From IMG/VR virus record IMGVR_UViG_3300023173_001585, positions 1 to 42,810 of that record: 42,810 nucleotides of DNA; one strand, written 5' to 3'. The first letter of the stretch is position 1. Every line of letters starts with the position of its first letter. This DNA comes from a virus (Duplodnaviria > Caudoviricetes). Shown piece after piece: positions 26,820 to 36,301 of this stretch. A model generated the notes under the pieces. That model saw only the letters and a list, made by a program, of their open reading frames with translations, had not been told where the DNA came from and searched no databases. Position numbers and translations under genes: made by a program.

Positions 26820-27550
26820 CAGTTGTTTTAGCAGGTGGTGATAGTTTTACAGCTCATTTAATTGATCCAAATATTGCTTGGCCAAATCATATCAAAGAAT
26901 CAATAGCAAAATGTTATATAGTAGCAGAAATGGCTAGTGATAATCAGTTAATTGCTAGAAATGTAATTGCTGGTTTACAAAAGTACCCTGCAACACATGT
27001 TATTATAGGCTGGAGTGATCCTAATAGATTTAGTTTATATGTTAATCAAGAACACCCGTTATACAACAAAATATACGACAAAATGAAAACACATGCAGGA
27101 TTTACTAATCAAATATTAACCGGTGAATGGCATTGCGACACACATGGCAGTTTTATTAAGCCCGGCGGTGGTTATGATACATGGATAACTGATAGTGATA
27201 TAGTTAATAAACTAGTAAAAGAATATGTTAAAAACTATCACACTAGAGAACATCAAATGATGAAAACACTTGAATCAATATTGCTTGTTCAAGAATATTG
27301 TAAAAATAATTCTATTCAATTGTTGAATTTCAAAGCATGGGACCATGACCTTTTTCACACTGATTACAAAATGACACAGCATTTAGAAAAGTTAATTGAC
27401 AAAAACAGTTGGTGGTTTTACAATAAAAAAGCAGGTTTAAAAGAATGGTGTCAACACAAAGGTGATGATCAAATGCCCGGTGGTCATCCGCAGACAGCAT
27501 TTCAGTATCTTTTTGCTATCAGTATAATAGAACCATGGCTAACAAACTAA
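26816..27550 (+). CDS. SGNH/GDSL-like hydrolase or acyltransferase
   Basis: GGDSFT at the N-terminus, SDNQLI, GWSDPNR, C-terminal GGHP. Confidence 0.6.
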   Translation: MTVVLAGGDSFTAHLIDPNIAWPNHIKESIAKCYIVAEMASDNQLIARNVIAGLQKYPATHVIIGWSDPNRFSLYVNQEHPLYNKIYDKMKTHAGFTNQILTGEWHCDTHGSFIKPGGGYDTWITDSDIVNKLVKEYVKNYHTREHQMMKTLESILLVQEYCKNNSIQLLNFKAWDHDLFHTDYKMTQHLEKLIDKNSWWFYNKKAGLKEWCQHKGDDQMPGGHPQTAFQYLFAISIIEPWLTN

Positions 27551-27562
27551 AGGAGTAAAGTA

Positions 27563-28045
27563 GTGAAAAAATTTAAAGACAACATAAATGATTTTTTTAA
27601 ATGGGTCAACGGCACAGAACTTGTTGAGCTAGATGACATTGATGTATCTGAGGATCCTGTAAGGCCGGAACTAACTTTGGGTTTTAGAATACAGCATGGT
27701 AGAAAAATATTTGGATTAAAATACAAAAATGAAATTGAAGCAATTGTTTGTATTGCACTATGTCCTGAAGTTCCTTACACAGTAAGAGAAATGGATTACA
27801 TGTCACAAGCGGCCAACCAAGATGGTCAGCGAGGAGAAATTGTGGTTGCATATACTGTTTGGTCACGCAAACGTGGTGCAGGTAAAGAAATTATTAAAAA
27901 ACTAGGAGAATGGGCAAAAGAAAACAAATTCAAAAAACTTGTCACACTGTCTCCATTAACACCCATGGCAACACATTTTCATATAAAGAATGGTGCCAAG
28001 CAAATTAAAGTAAGCGAAGATACACAGAATTTTGAATATGAATAG
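27563..28045 (+). CDS. Conserved phage protein, possibly GNAT-like
   Basis: AAGGAG SD with GTG start. YTVWSRKRGAGKEII (acetyl-CoA loop-like) and VTLSPLT.MA..FH.KNGA. Confidence 0.55.
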   Translation: MKKFKDNINDFFKWVNGTELVELDDIDVSEDPVRPELTLGFRIQHGRKIFGLKYKNEIEAIVCIALCPEVPYTVREMDYMSQAANQDGQRGEIVVAYTVWSRKRGAGKEIIKKLGEWAKENKFKKLVTLSPLTPMATHFHIKNGAKQIKVSEDTQNFEYE

Positions 28046-28955
28046 TTTTGTTATCAAATATCCTTATTACAAAGCAACTCCTAGTAATAACTGTCCTGAG
28101 TTGTTTTGTAATGATTCTTTACCTGAACTTAAAGAATACAACGGAGAAGATAACATAATAATATTTGAACCATGGGAAGCAGATATTCCTGGTCCTGAAA
28201 TGAGTTCTGGTAAAACTGTTATTCAAGACATAACAGACAAACTAAAACATATCAACAAAGATAAAATCACATTTGTAACTGCTAATTTAGACTGCAACGC
28301 TGTGCCGTTTGCCAATACAGTAAAACATTATCCTTATCATTTTTTAGAAATACAACGCACACAAAAAAGCCTAGAACAAGTTAATACTACAAGAGAAAAA
28401 CATTTTTGCAGTTTAAATGGAGCAATCAAGCACAAGCGTATAGAATTTATAAAATTTTGCGAGCAAAACAACTTGATTAAAAGCAACTATGTGAGTTTGG
28501 TTGGTAACTATGATCATGGATTCAAAACTGACACAAAGTACAAAAACTATTACTTAGACAAGACAGCCGAACAGCTTAACCTAGATGACAAATCTATACC
28601 TTTAGATATTTTTGACAACAGTTACTTGAATCTAATCAATGAAACCCACGAAGACGAGCATGTGTTCTTTACTGAAAAAACATGGAAGCCAATATTGAAC
28701 TATCAGCTATTTTTATACTACGGTTGCAGTGATCCAGAAAAGTATTATTGGCATTTGGAAAAACTTGGTATACGACTATATAAAGAAATACTGGATTATA
28801 CCAACGATCCGCTACAAGAATTATTAAAATTTTGCAACACACCTATAAAAGAAATTCAAAAACAGTTCGAAGCAATTCATAGAGAAGTGCAAAGAAACAG
28901 TATTATTGCTAAACAAATTGACTGTGAAACTATCAAAAAACGATTGCTGACATGA
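28038..28955 (+). CDS. GT-B-like putative glycosyltransferase ('TEK' family)
   Basis: FCSLNGAIKHKR. SYLNLINET..FFTEKTWKPI. ATG at 28038 preferred. Confidence 0.5.
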   Translation: MNSFVIKYPYYKATPSNNCPELFCNDSLPELKEYNGEDNIIIFEPWEADIPGPEMSSGKTVIQDITDKLKHINKDKITFVTANLDCNAVPFANTVKHYPYHFLEIQRTQKSLEQVNTTREKHFCSLNGAIKHKRIEFIKFCEQNNLIKSNYVSLVGNYDHGFKTDTKYKNYYLDKTAEQLNLDDKSIPLDIFDNSYLNLINETHEDEHVFFTEKTWKPILNYQLFLYYGCSDPEKYYWHLEKLGIRLYKEILDYTNDPLQELLKFCNTPIKEIQKQFEAIHREVQRNSIIAKQIDCETIKKRLLT

Positions 28956-29887
28956 TCAAAATATACAGACATCATTACTATTGGTACGAACTTGAAAGTA
29001 TTTCTAGATTTATTGATTGCGAATATGTTAACGATATGGCTTCTTGTGATTTTATAGAAGTTGCATCAAGTGAGCCAAAGCCTGTGTTTGATCATATTGA
29101 AAAGCCAATCATATACAGTTATGTCAGAGAACATCCATATACACACGATGAACATTTACAAATTCAATTTGACAGTTTAAAAGATCATCATGACATTACC
29201 ATTTTCAGTTTAGGTAGTTTTGAAAAATTTGCTCCAGGAAGAAACAATGTCATTATAGATCAATTTGAACTAGATGCGTATCACAGATTATTTGTCAGAA
29301 ACGAATGTGGCACAGCGTCTGGTAGTATAGGTTATTTGAATTATTTGTTCTTGGGAGGCAAGGCAGATAAACTAAACAGAAAACCGCTGTATAACTTATT
29401 AGAAAAATACAACCTGCAACATAAAGGATTACGCACACTGTTTGGTGAAACTGCTAGTCCAGACAATGCAGAATACATTGGAGATCATTATCTAGGATAT
29501 CCTTATGATGTTGGTTTATACAAAACACATAATCTAAGTTTAATTGCAGAAACACATTACGAACACAATCAAGAATTTCATCCAACTGAAAAAACATACC
29601 GAGCTATTGCTAATAGTCATCCTTTTATAATTGCCAGCACTCCTTATTTTTTACACAATCTCAAACAAAAAGGATACCAAACTTTCAGCAATTTTTGGAG
29701 CGAAAACTATGATTTTCAGCTGAATCACACTCAAAGGTTGCAAGAAATAGTAGAAAGTTTACAACAAGCACTTGATGTAAAATACGCTGATATTGAAAAA
29801 ATTTGTGCTCATAATGTAGCAACACTCAAAAAAAATTCGTTAAATACAAGAAAAAACATTATAACTTCTTTGTATGAGCAACTATAA
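28952..29887 (+). CDS. GT-B-like putative glycosyltransferase ('TEK..HPF' family)
   Basis: LGGKADKLNR. HYLGYPYD, SLIAET..PTEKTYRAIANSHPF..GYQTF. Confidence 0.5.
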   Translation: MIKIYRHHYYWYELESISRFIDCEYVNDMASCDFIEVASSEPKPVFDHIEKPIIYSYVREHPYTHDEHLQIQFDSLKDHHDITIFSLGSFEKFAPGRNNVIIDQFELDAYHRLFVRNECGTASGSIGYLNYLFLGGKADKLNRKPLYNLLEKYNLQHKGLRTLFGETASPDNAEYIGDHYLGYPYDVGLYKTHNLSLIAETHYEHNQEFHPTEKTYRAIANSHPFIIASTPYFLHNLKQKGYQTFSNFWSENYDFQLNHTQRLQEIVESLQQALDVKYADIEKICAHNVATLKKNSLNTRKNIITSLYEQL

Positions 29888-30176
29888 AAACTTTAGACAT
29901 CACCTGCTTCGTTTTTTAAAAGATGATTTTAAAAACAACAGAAAAAGATTTTTTGCCGAATCCTTTGGTTTGATTTTTGGTTTAGGTGCCACATCAATTT
30001 TGGCATTGACAATGCCAGATCCTAATTTGTTAGTGGCCTATCTAATGTGGGAAGTGTCAGCACTGTGTCTCATATATGGAGCATGGAGTCGAGGTTCTTC
30101 AGGATTACTTTTATTATATTCTTGTTATTTTATTATTGATGGATTTGGATTAGCGAGATTACTAGAATGGATATAA
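29874..30176 (+). CDS. Small multi-pass membrane protein (100 aa)
   Basis: About three hydrophobic segments. TAAATA upstream at 29841-29846. Confidence 0.65.
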   Translation: MSNYKNFRHHLLRFLKDDFKNNRKRFFAESFGLIFGLGATSILALTMPDPNLLVAYLMWEVSALCLIYGAWSRGSSGLLLLYSCYFIIDGFGLARLLEWI

Positions 30177-30931
30177 TTACATCTGGGTGTAGTTTTACTC
30201 ACGCACCTGACAGTTGGGCAAACTATTTAAAAACCAAACACAAAGTTACAAATGTAGCCGAAGGCGGAGCTGGTAATAGCATGAATATTAGAAATGCCAT
30301 GCTTGAAATATACAAAAACAATTTTACTCATTGTGTTATACAAATATCAGGCGTTAACAGATTTGAACTGATAGTAGACGAACCTATTCAAACAGAAAAC
30401 ACATTTCTAGTACCAAACAAAAATTACACATGGATCAAAAGCACAGGCGACCAAAACTGGTGGCAACAGAACAATCACAATTTTGATCAGTTTAGACAAG
30501 CAAAAATTGTAGGCAATTCATTAGAAAACTATGTCAAGCATTGTTATTCAGATTACGATCAAATTTTAAAAACACTGACAGCAATTGTTAACTGTCAAAC
30601 CCTGTGTAAAAGTAAAAATGTAAAACAGTTGTATTTTTGTTGGAAAAATGAATTTAAACAATATTTAGATAAAATTAACAGTTCTAGTGAATTGCTTGAA
30701 TGGTGGAACCAGATTGACTTTGATCTATTTTGGTTTTATAATACATATGATGGATTGTGCGAATGGGGAATAGATAATGGTTACACCGGAGCATTACACG
30801 AAGATCATGTCAACAATCCTGCACAAGGTTGGTTAATGATTGACAATAAAAAAACAATGATTGGGCACCCATCGACAGAATGTCATCGAGCATTTGCAGA
30901 AGAAGTAATTAAAAAATGGCTGAAGAAATAA
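30167..30931 (+). CDS. SGNH/GDSL-like hydrolase or acyltransferase
   Basis: SGCSFT, GAGNSMN, QISGVNR, C-terminal GHPS..H. Confidence 0.6.
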   Translation: MDIITSGCSFTHAPDSWANYLKTKHKVTNVAEGGAGNSMNIRNAMLEIYKNNFTHCVIQISGVNRFELIVDEPIQTENTFLVPNKNYTWIKSTGDQNWWQQNNHNFDQFRQAKIVGNSLENYVKHCYSDYDQILKTLTAIVNCQTLCKSKNVKQLYFCWKNEFKQYLDKINSSSELLEWWNQIDFDLFWFYNTYDGLCEWGIDNGYTGALHEDHVNNPAQGWLMIDNKKTMIGHPSTECHRAFAEEVIKKWLKK

Positions 30932-31467
30932 AACACTGGAGTTATGGAAATACCTTACGGTATAACAATCATTTATGTTATACTGTGGTTCCAAAATGTG
31001 CATCAACTGTGATAATTAATCAGTTAAATTTGACAGAAAAATATAAATCAACATATTCAAAAAAGTTTACATTTATTAGACATCCGTATGATAGGTTGAA
31101 AGGATATCTATGGCAAAATCAACAAACAACGCAAGACCAAATTGAAAACAAAATCAATTGTATAATTGAAAACTTTGACAACAACGACGAGCATGTTTAT
31201 CCTTACAGTATCTATATTAAATTTGAGGATTTTGATTTTATTGGCATTGTAGAAAATTTTGATAAAGACATTAGAAAAATTGTAGATGACAAACTTGCTG
31301 ACAGTATTCAACAGTATCATAATAAAACAATGTCAAACAAAACAGATGGTGCTTACACAAGATTTATTGAAAAAGTCAACAATCAAATTCATAAAAAAAA
31401 GCAAAGTTTATCAAACGTTTACAAAAATGATTTTGAATTATACGAAAAGGTAAAACATGCATATTAA
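30916..31467 (+). CDS. Sulfotransferase family 2-like protein
   Basis: 5'-PSB loop VPKCAST, 3'-PB FIRHPYDRL, FDFIGIVENF, YKNDFELY. Confidence 0.7.
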   Translation: MAEEIKHWSYGNTLRYNNHLCYTVVPKCASTVIINQLNLTEKYKSTYSKKFTFIRHPYDRLKGYLWQNQQTTQDQIENKINCIIENFDNNDEHVYPYSIYIKFEDFDFIGIVENFDKDIRKIVDDKLADSIQQYHNKTMSNKTDGAYTRFIEKVNNQIHKKKQSLSNVYKNDFELYEKVKHAY

Positions 31468-32779
31468 TTTACTGTATCAAACATACGATGAACACAAAGG
31501 TCACTTGCCAAACTGTATTCCTTTTTGGAAACGAACACCTGAATATTTTAAAAATTACGGAAACGTCAAATACAAATATCTTGAAGAATTATTAGAATAC
31601 GGTGATGTCAAATATAACAAATGCACACTTGATCATGCAATCAAAAGCACTGAAACATTTTGGTTTCATATTCAACCTGAATGGATCGATTTGAGTTTTT
31701 TCTATGAAAATGTTTTTCATTATATTGACGATGATTATTTAAGAGCAATAAAGTTTGAACCAAATGTGAAAATCTTATTATGGTTTCCAAGCGAAGGATT
31801 TCCTTTAGACATGCCAAGGTTTATTGATGATATACTTTATACTCTCAGCGACAAAGGTATACCAGAAGATAAAGTATATCTAGTTTTTGGCGATCTCAAA
31901 ATACAAAAAAACTTTGAACATTATTGTAAAAATAAAAAAATAGATTCTAAACTTAAAACATTTGGTTTGAATATTTTTGAATTGAACTACTGGCTAGAAA
32001 CCAATAGGATGTATTTCAGCAAAGACCGAATGCGTGAAATCAAAGTAGAAAGAGAGTTAGTCAATCCAGAAACTGTCAACAAAAAAGACTTTAGAACTAT
32101 GCGTTTTGTATGTAGAAATGCCAATCCTAGACCACACAGAATATATGTCTTAAGTCAACTTTACAAAAAAAACTTAGATAGATTAGGATACATTAGTTTT
32201 TTAAATAGATATTTTACACCAGGTGCACCTGGTAATATTTCAGATTTTACTGAGAATGAAAACCATTGCGAAATACAAAAAGATATGGAAATGTTTCTAA
32301 AACAAACACCTGTAGTGTTAGATGAAACAGCAGACAGCATTGGTGAATCATTGAATCAAAGAAGAATGTGTGCTGAACACTATGCAAACAGTTATTTTAC
32401 AATTGTTAATGAAACAGTATGTAGCAGTGATCCAGGTGAGCCTTTGTTTATAACAGAAAAAGTTTATCAGCCTATTTTACAACTTCATCCTTTTATTGTT
32501 TTTGGTTCGCAAGGAACACTTGAACATTTACGAGACAGCGGATATTATACATTTCATAATTTTTGTTTAAATCAAGAATATTATGACAATGAACCAAACA
32601 GTGCTAAACGTATTGATCAAGCACTGTTTGAAGTTGAACGATTGTGTAGTGTACCAATTGATATGTTACATAAATCCTATCTTGATTTGTTTGACAAATT
32701 GTTGTATAATAGAGAACACTTTTTAAATTTAAACAGGAAAGAATACTTTAATAGGTTATTAGAATGGCTAGAAAAATAA
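31457..32779 (+). CDS. GT-B-like putative glycosyltransferase ('TEK..HPF' family)
   Basis: FVCRNANPRPHR. SYFTIVNET..FITEKVYQPILQLHPF..GYYTF. Confidence 0.5.
   Translation: MHINLLYQTYDEHKGHLPNCIPFWKRTPEYFKNYGNVKYKYLEELLEYGDVKYNKCTLDHAIKSTETFWFHIQPEWIDLSFFYENVFHYIDDDYLRAIKFEPNVKILLWFPSEGFPLDMPRFIDDILYTLSDKGIPEDKVYLVFGDLKIQKNFEHYCKNKKIDSKLKTFGLNIFELNYWLETNRMYFSKDRMREIKVERELVNPETVNKKDFRTMRFVCRNANPRPHRIYVLSQLYKKNLDRLGYISFLNRYFTPGAPGNISDFTENENHCEIQKDMEMFLKQTPVVLDETADSIGESLNQRRMCAEHYANSYFTIVNETVCSSDPGEPLFITEKVYQPILQLHPFIVFGSQGTLEHLRDSGYYTFHNFCLNQEYYDNEPNSAKRIDQALFEVERLCSVPIDMLHKSYLDLFDKLLYNREHFLNLNRKEYFNRLLEWLEK
32682..32710 (+). promoter_or_regulatory. sigma70-type promoter TTGATT-17-TATAAT upstream of rpiB
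   Basis: Boxes at 32682-32687 and 32705-32710, within the 3' end of the upstream gene. Confidence 0.45.
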
Positions 32780-33231
32780 ATTTAGTAATAGGATCAGATC
32801 ATAGAGGTTACAAATTAAAAAATGCAATAGAAAAACACCTTGTTCCTATTGGCAAAGATATAGAGAAAGATATAGTTACGTATTTCAATTGCGGTTGTTA
32901 TGATCAAAAGAAAAAAGTTGATTATCCTGATGTGGTTAAAAAACTTGCAGAAGAAATTACAGCAGGTACATTTGATACTGGTATACTAGTATGCGGTTCA
33001 GGTTTTGGTGTGGCTATTGCGGCCAATAGATTTCCTAAAATACGAGCAGTAACAGTTCGTACTGCCAAAGAAGCAGAAATGGCAAGATTACACAATGATG
33101 CAAATGTGCTGTGTTTGGGTGCTGATTTCACATCAACAAACGAAGCAATAAAGATTATTGATGTATTTTTAACTACTGAGTTCGAAGGCGGAAGACATAA
33201 AAAAAGAGTTGATATGCTAGGAAAAATGTAA
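32764..33231 (+). CDS. rpiB: Ribose-5-phosphate isomerase B (RpiB/LacA/LacB family)
   Basis: GSDHRG, VDYPD, VCGSGFG, ARLHNDANVLCLG, FEGGRHKKRV. Confidence 0.93.
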   Translation: MARKINLVIGSDHRGYKLKNAIEKHLVPIGKDIEKDIVTYFNCGCYDQKKKVDYPDVVKKLAEEITAGTFDTGILVCGSGFGVAIAANRFPKIRAVTVRTAKEAEMARLHNDANVLCLGADFTSTNEAIKIIDVFLTTEFEGGRHKKRVDMLGKM

Positions 33232-33235
33232 AACT

Positions 33236-33391
33236 ATGAATACAAACTGTTTTAAAAAACTAATCAAACTAAAGAGCAAGTTAGATAAATTGGCTCTTAG
33301 AGAACCAAAGAAACCTAAAGAAATACTGACTAGACAGCTGTGGGAAAGAGTTAAATACATACTAAACAGAAGGTACAAACAAATTGACTAA
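33236..33391 (+). CDS. Small basic hypothetical protein (51 aa, not in the ORF track)
   Basis: Manually translated: MNTNCFKKLIKLKSKLDKLALREPKKPKEILTRQLWERVKYILNRRYKQID*. Fills the gap between rpiB and 33384. Confidence 0.6.
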   Translation: MNTNCFKKLIKLKSKLDKLALREPKKPKEILTRQLWERVKYILNRRYKQID

Positions 33392-34382
33392 AGAAATTGT
33401 AACATTTGATATTGATTCAAAAGCCTTAGCAATCGACGGATTAGCAGAAGCACTGTATTGGATCAAAAACAATCAAGATAAAAAATCATCTCATCATGTT
33501 GTTATAAAAAGAATCTTAGAAGGCGAAGTCCATTTTTTAATCAAAGATGAATTTTTAACCAAACTGGTAGAACTATTACAACACTGGCAAGGTGGAGAAA
33601 TAACACTGGCCATGGCAGATGTTAATTTATCAGAAAACATCAAAAAATGGTTAGAAGGAACACGAACAGGCTTGACTATCAATACTGTCACAGATCCTTT
33701 AAGTCTGTTACATCGTACTAGAAGTTACATGTCAAATAAATCTATTAAACAACCAAAGTATTACAATTCAAAAATAAAAAAGTTTATTTGTTTAAATGGT
33801 GCCGCTAAACCGCATCGTGCTAAAATGGTAAATGATTTATATCATGCTGAGTACGATCAAGATGGCTATATCAGTTGGCTTAATCGATATGGTAAAATAC
33901 ATTCAAAATATTTTACAAATGAAAGATTTACCGGTGAAGATTTAATATTAGACTTTGATAATAAATCAATTGATAAAGATGTTAATCAAGAAATACTGCC
34001 ATTGAACTATCATTATGCGGGGTTTGAGATTGTAAATGAAAGTATTGTTAGTGATACTAGTGTATTTTTAACTGAAAAAATATGGAAACCTATACTTTAT
34101 AAAAAGTTTTTTATAGTGCATGGCTGTAAAAACACAATGAAATATCTTACTGATTTGGGATTTGAACCATATTCTGAACTGTATGATTTAGACTTTGACT
34201 TGTTAGATTATACTCAACGTTATGAAAGTTTGTGGAAAGAAATTCACAAGTTAATGAGAATGTCTCCAAAAGATTGGGAAGATGTTTACAATGATTCTAA
34301 CATGAAAAAGAAATTAGATCATAACTCTACTCTTTTTAGAAACATTGAAATTCAAACTTGGACTTCACAAGTATATGGATAA
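33384..34382 (+). CDS. GT-B-like putative glycosyltransferase ('TEK' family), TTG start
   Basis: FICLNGAAKPHR, GYISWLNRY (shared with 31457), EIVNES..FLTEKIWKPI. Confidence 0.5.
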   Translation: MTKEIVTFDIDSKALAIDGLAEALYWIKNNQDKKSSHHVVIKRILEGEVHFLIKDEFLTKLVELLQHWQGGEITLAMADVNLSENIKKWLEGTRTGLTINTVTDPLSLLHRTRSYMSNKSIKQPKYYNSKIKKFICLNGAAKPHRAKMVNDLYHAEYDQDGYISWLNRYGKIHSKYFTNERFTGEDLILDFDNKSIDKDVNQEILPLNYHYAGFEIVNESIVSDTSVFLTEKIWKPILYKKFFIVHGCKNTMKYLTDLGFEPYSELYDLDFDLLDYTQRYESLWKEIHKLMRMSPKDWEDVYNDSNMKKKLDHNSTLFRNIEIQTWTSQVYG

Positions 34383-35598
34383 ACAAAAAGCATTAACGGA
34401 ATCAAAAACATTCTGTATGATTCCATGGACACACCTACATACATGGCCCGACGGTCGTATACTAACATGTTGTATGAGTCCAAGCGACATGCCTATGGGC
34501 AATCTAAAAGAAACAAGTTTAGAACAAGCATGGAATAGCGATCATCAAAAACAATTACGTAAAGATCTGTTAGCTGGCAAAGGCAGTAAAGTTTGTACTA
34601 GATGTATGGAAATGGAAAGAAACAATATTTCTACAACCAGACAATGGGCAAATAAACATCTTGCTAATCATTGGGACGTTGTTGAATCCACTAAAGAAGA
34701 TGGAACAGTGGACAAAGTTAATTTACCTTATATAGATTTTCGCTTTTCAAATTTATGTAATTTCAAATGTAGAACATGTGGTCCTGAACTGAGTTCAAGT
34801 TGGTACGAAGATCATAGTGCTATATGGGGCAAACCAGATGATCCTAAAATAATCAGACCATATAAAGATGAAAAAACATTTTGGGAAAAAGTTGAACCTT
34901 ATATAGATGATCTTGAAGAAATTTACTTTGCAGGGGGTGAACCTCTTATCATGGAAGAGCATTATAGAATTTTAAAAAGACTAATTGAGAAAAAAATGTT
35001 TCATGTCAAACTAAAATACAACACAAACTTTTCTCAAATGACATACAAAGATATTGATGTAATGAAAGAATGGGATAAGTTTGAGCAAGTAGAAATTGGT
35101 GCTAGTCTTGATGCTAGTCACAAGCGAGGAGAATATTTGCGTAAAGGTCAGTCATGGGATCAAGTAGAAGCAAATAGAAAAAGAATGTTTGATGTATGTC
35201 CTCGAGCATACTTCTTTTTAGCAACCTGTTTAGATGTTTTCAACAGTTTTCATGTACCTGATTTTCATATTGATTGGTATGAGCGTGGCTGGATACAAGA
35301 TGAAGGAAGTTTGATCAATCCATTATTAACTCCAAGTTATCTAAGAATACAAATACTGCCAGAGGCTATGAAAGATCAACTTAGAGAAAAATATCAACAA
35401 GCTCAAGAATGGATGGACCGTAATACCAAAAGCACTAGCAAAAGATACAGTGCATTGATACAGTTTTTAGATGAAGCTGATTATTCACACAAAATAAAAG
35501 AATGGTACAGAACTACCGAACGTCTAGATTCTATGAGAAATGAAAACTGGCGTGAAATATTTCCAGAACTACAAGATTTAGAAAATTACGTCAAATAA
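34375..35598 (+). CDS. Radical SAM enzyme with N-terminal Twitch/SPASM-like domain
   Basis: FCMIPW..PDG..TCC..GNL..AWNS..CTRC, CNFKCRTC, AGGEP, C-terminal IFPEL. ATG at 34375 preferred. Confidence 0.9.
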   Translation: MDKQKALTESKTFCMIPWTHLHTWPDGRILTCCMSPSDMPMGNLKETSLEQAWNSDHQKQLRKDLLAGKGSKVCTRCMEMERNNISTTRQWANKHLANHWDVVESTKEDGTVDKVNLPYIDFRFSNLCNFKCRTCGPELSSSWYEDHSAIWGKPDDPKIIRPYKDEKTFWEKVEPYIDDLEEIYFAGGEPLIMEEHYRILKRLIEKKMFHVKLKYNTNFSQMTYKDIDVMKEWDKFEQVEIGASLDASHKRGEYLRKGQSWDQVEANRKRMFDVCPRAYFFLATCLDVFNSFHVPDFHIDWYERGWIQDEGSLINPLLTPSYLRIQILPEAMKDQLREKYQQAQEWMDRNTKSTSKRYSALIQFLDEADYSHKIKEWYRTTERLDSMRNENWREIFPELQDLENYVK

Positions 35599-35621
35599 CT
35601 TAAAAAAAGATTTGTTTTAAG

Positions 35622-35679
35622 GGTGTTACAGTGGGGTTAAAGCATCCAGCTGGGATGTTAGTACCCCCGTAAAAATGCC
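35622..35679 (+). terminator. Imperfect GC-rich stem-loop at the junction of the convergent gene blocks
   Basis: Nested pairings TTAC/GTAA, GGGGT/ACCCC and AGCATCC/GGATGTT. No clean U-tract. Confidence 0.4.
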
Positions 35680-35683
35680 AAAA

Positions 35684-36007
35684 TTACAGTATTGATACTT
35701 TAAACATGAATGCTTCTTTTTTGTTTGAGAAACTCATCACTGCATAAACATCATCGTTATAACCAGAAGCTGACTGCATTTTTTTAACAGTGTTTTCAAA
35801 ATACCAACCCCATTTGTGTTTACAATTATCTGCACACCATTGTACCTGTTGCATGTTAACACCTTCACCTGGTAGTTGAACTTTATATTTGAAAGATTTA
35901 TTATAGCCGCAATTCTTTGGTATAATACCATTGTTTTCTAAACGGCAATCTCTAAAATCCCAACTTGGTTCGCAATCGCTAGGCAATTCGTTTAGTGCGT
36001 TTGACAT
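35684..36007 (-). CDS. Hypothetical protein (WCxxNC family)
   Basis: QWCADNCKHKWGWYF..SFSNKKEAFMF. Similar to 21084-21323. Confidence 0.7.
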   Translation of the reverse strand: MSNALNELPSDCEPSWDFRDCRLENNGIIPKNCGYNKSFKYKVQLPGEGVNMQQVQWCADNCKHKWGWYFENTVKKMQSASGYNDDVYAVMSFSNKKEAFMFKVSIL

Positions 36008-36123
36008 TACTTGTATATGAAAGGGTCACGCTTTTTAAGTTCTTTGACTTTTTTACGATATGCCTTTTCCATTTTGTAATCATACCATTTGCTTTTAAAC
36101 CAATTAATTATTTGTTTAATCAT
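36007..36123 (-). CDS. Small basic protein (38 aa, not in the ORF track)
   Basis: Manually translated: MIKQIINWFKSKWYDYKMEKAYRKKVKELKKRDPFIYK*. AAGGA SD, and TAATG coupling to the next gene. Confidence 0.7.
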   Translation of the reverse strand: MIKQIINWFKSKWYDYKMEKAYRKKVKELKKRDPFIYK

Positions 36124-36301
36124 TCTGTTTTTCCTTTTTTGATTTTCTATAGTGTTTACAAACTTCAATCATGACTGGTTGATTGTTACCATCAAGAAAC
36201 TGTTCAAATAATGGACTTTCGTGTTTTAGTCTACCACAGTTGTCACATGTCTCATGAGAGTCTTTGATTCTTTGATTCATGCTTACGTTGGCAGAGTTCA
36301 T
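36116..36301 (-). CDS. Small putative Zn-binding protein
   Basis: CDNCGR..H..CKH. ATGA overlap with the radical SAM gene. Confidence 0.6.
   Translation of the reverse strand: MNSANVSMNQRIKDSHETCDNCGRLKHESPLFEQFLDGNNQPVMIEVCKHYRKSKKEKQND

Noticed and set aside
33236-36301. Small ORFs next to radical SAM genes as RiPP precursors
   Set aside because: They look like basic/helical or Zn-binding mini-proteins. No leader/core pattern, RRE domain, protease or transporter is evident.
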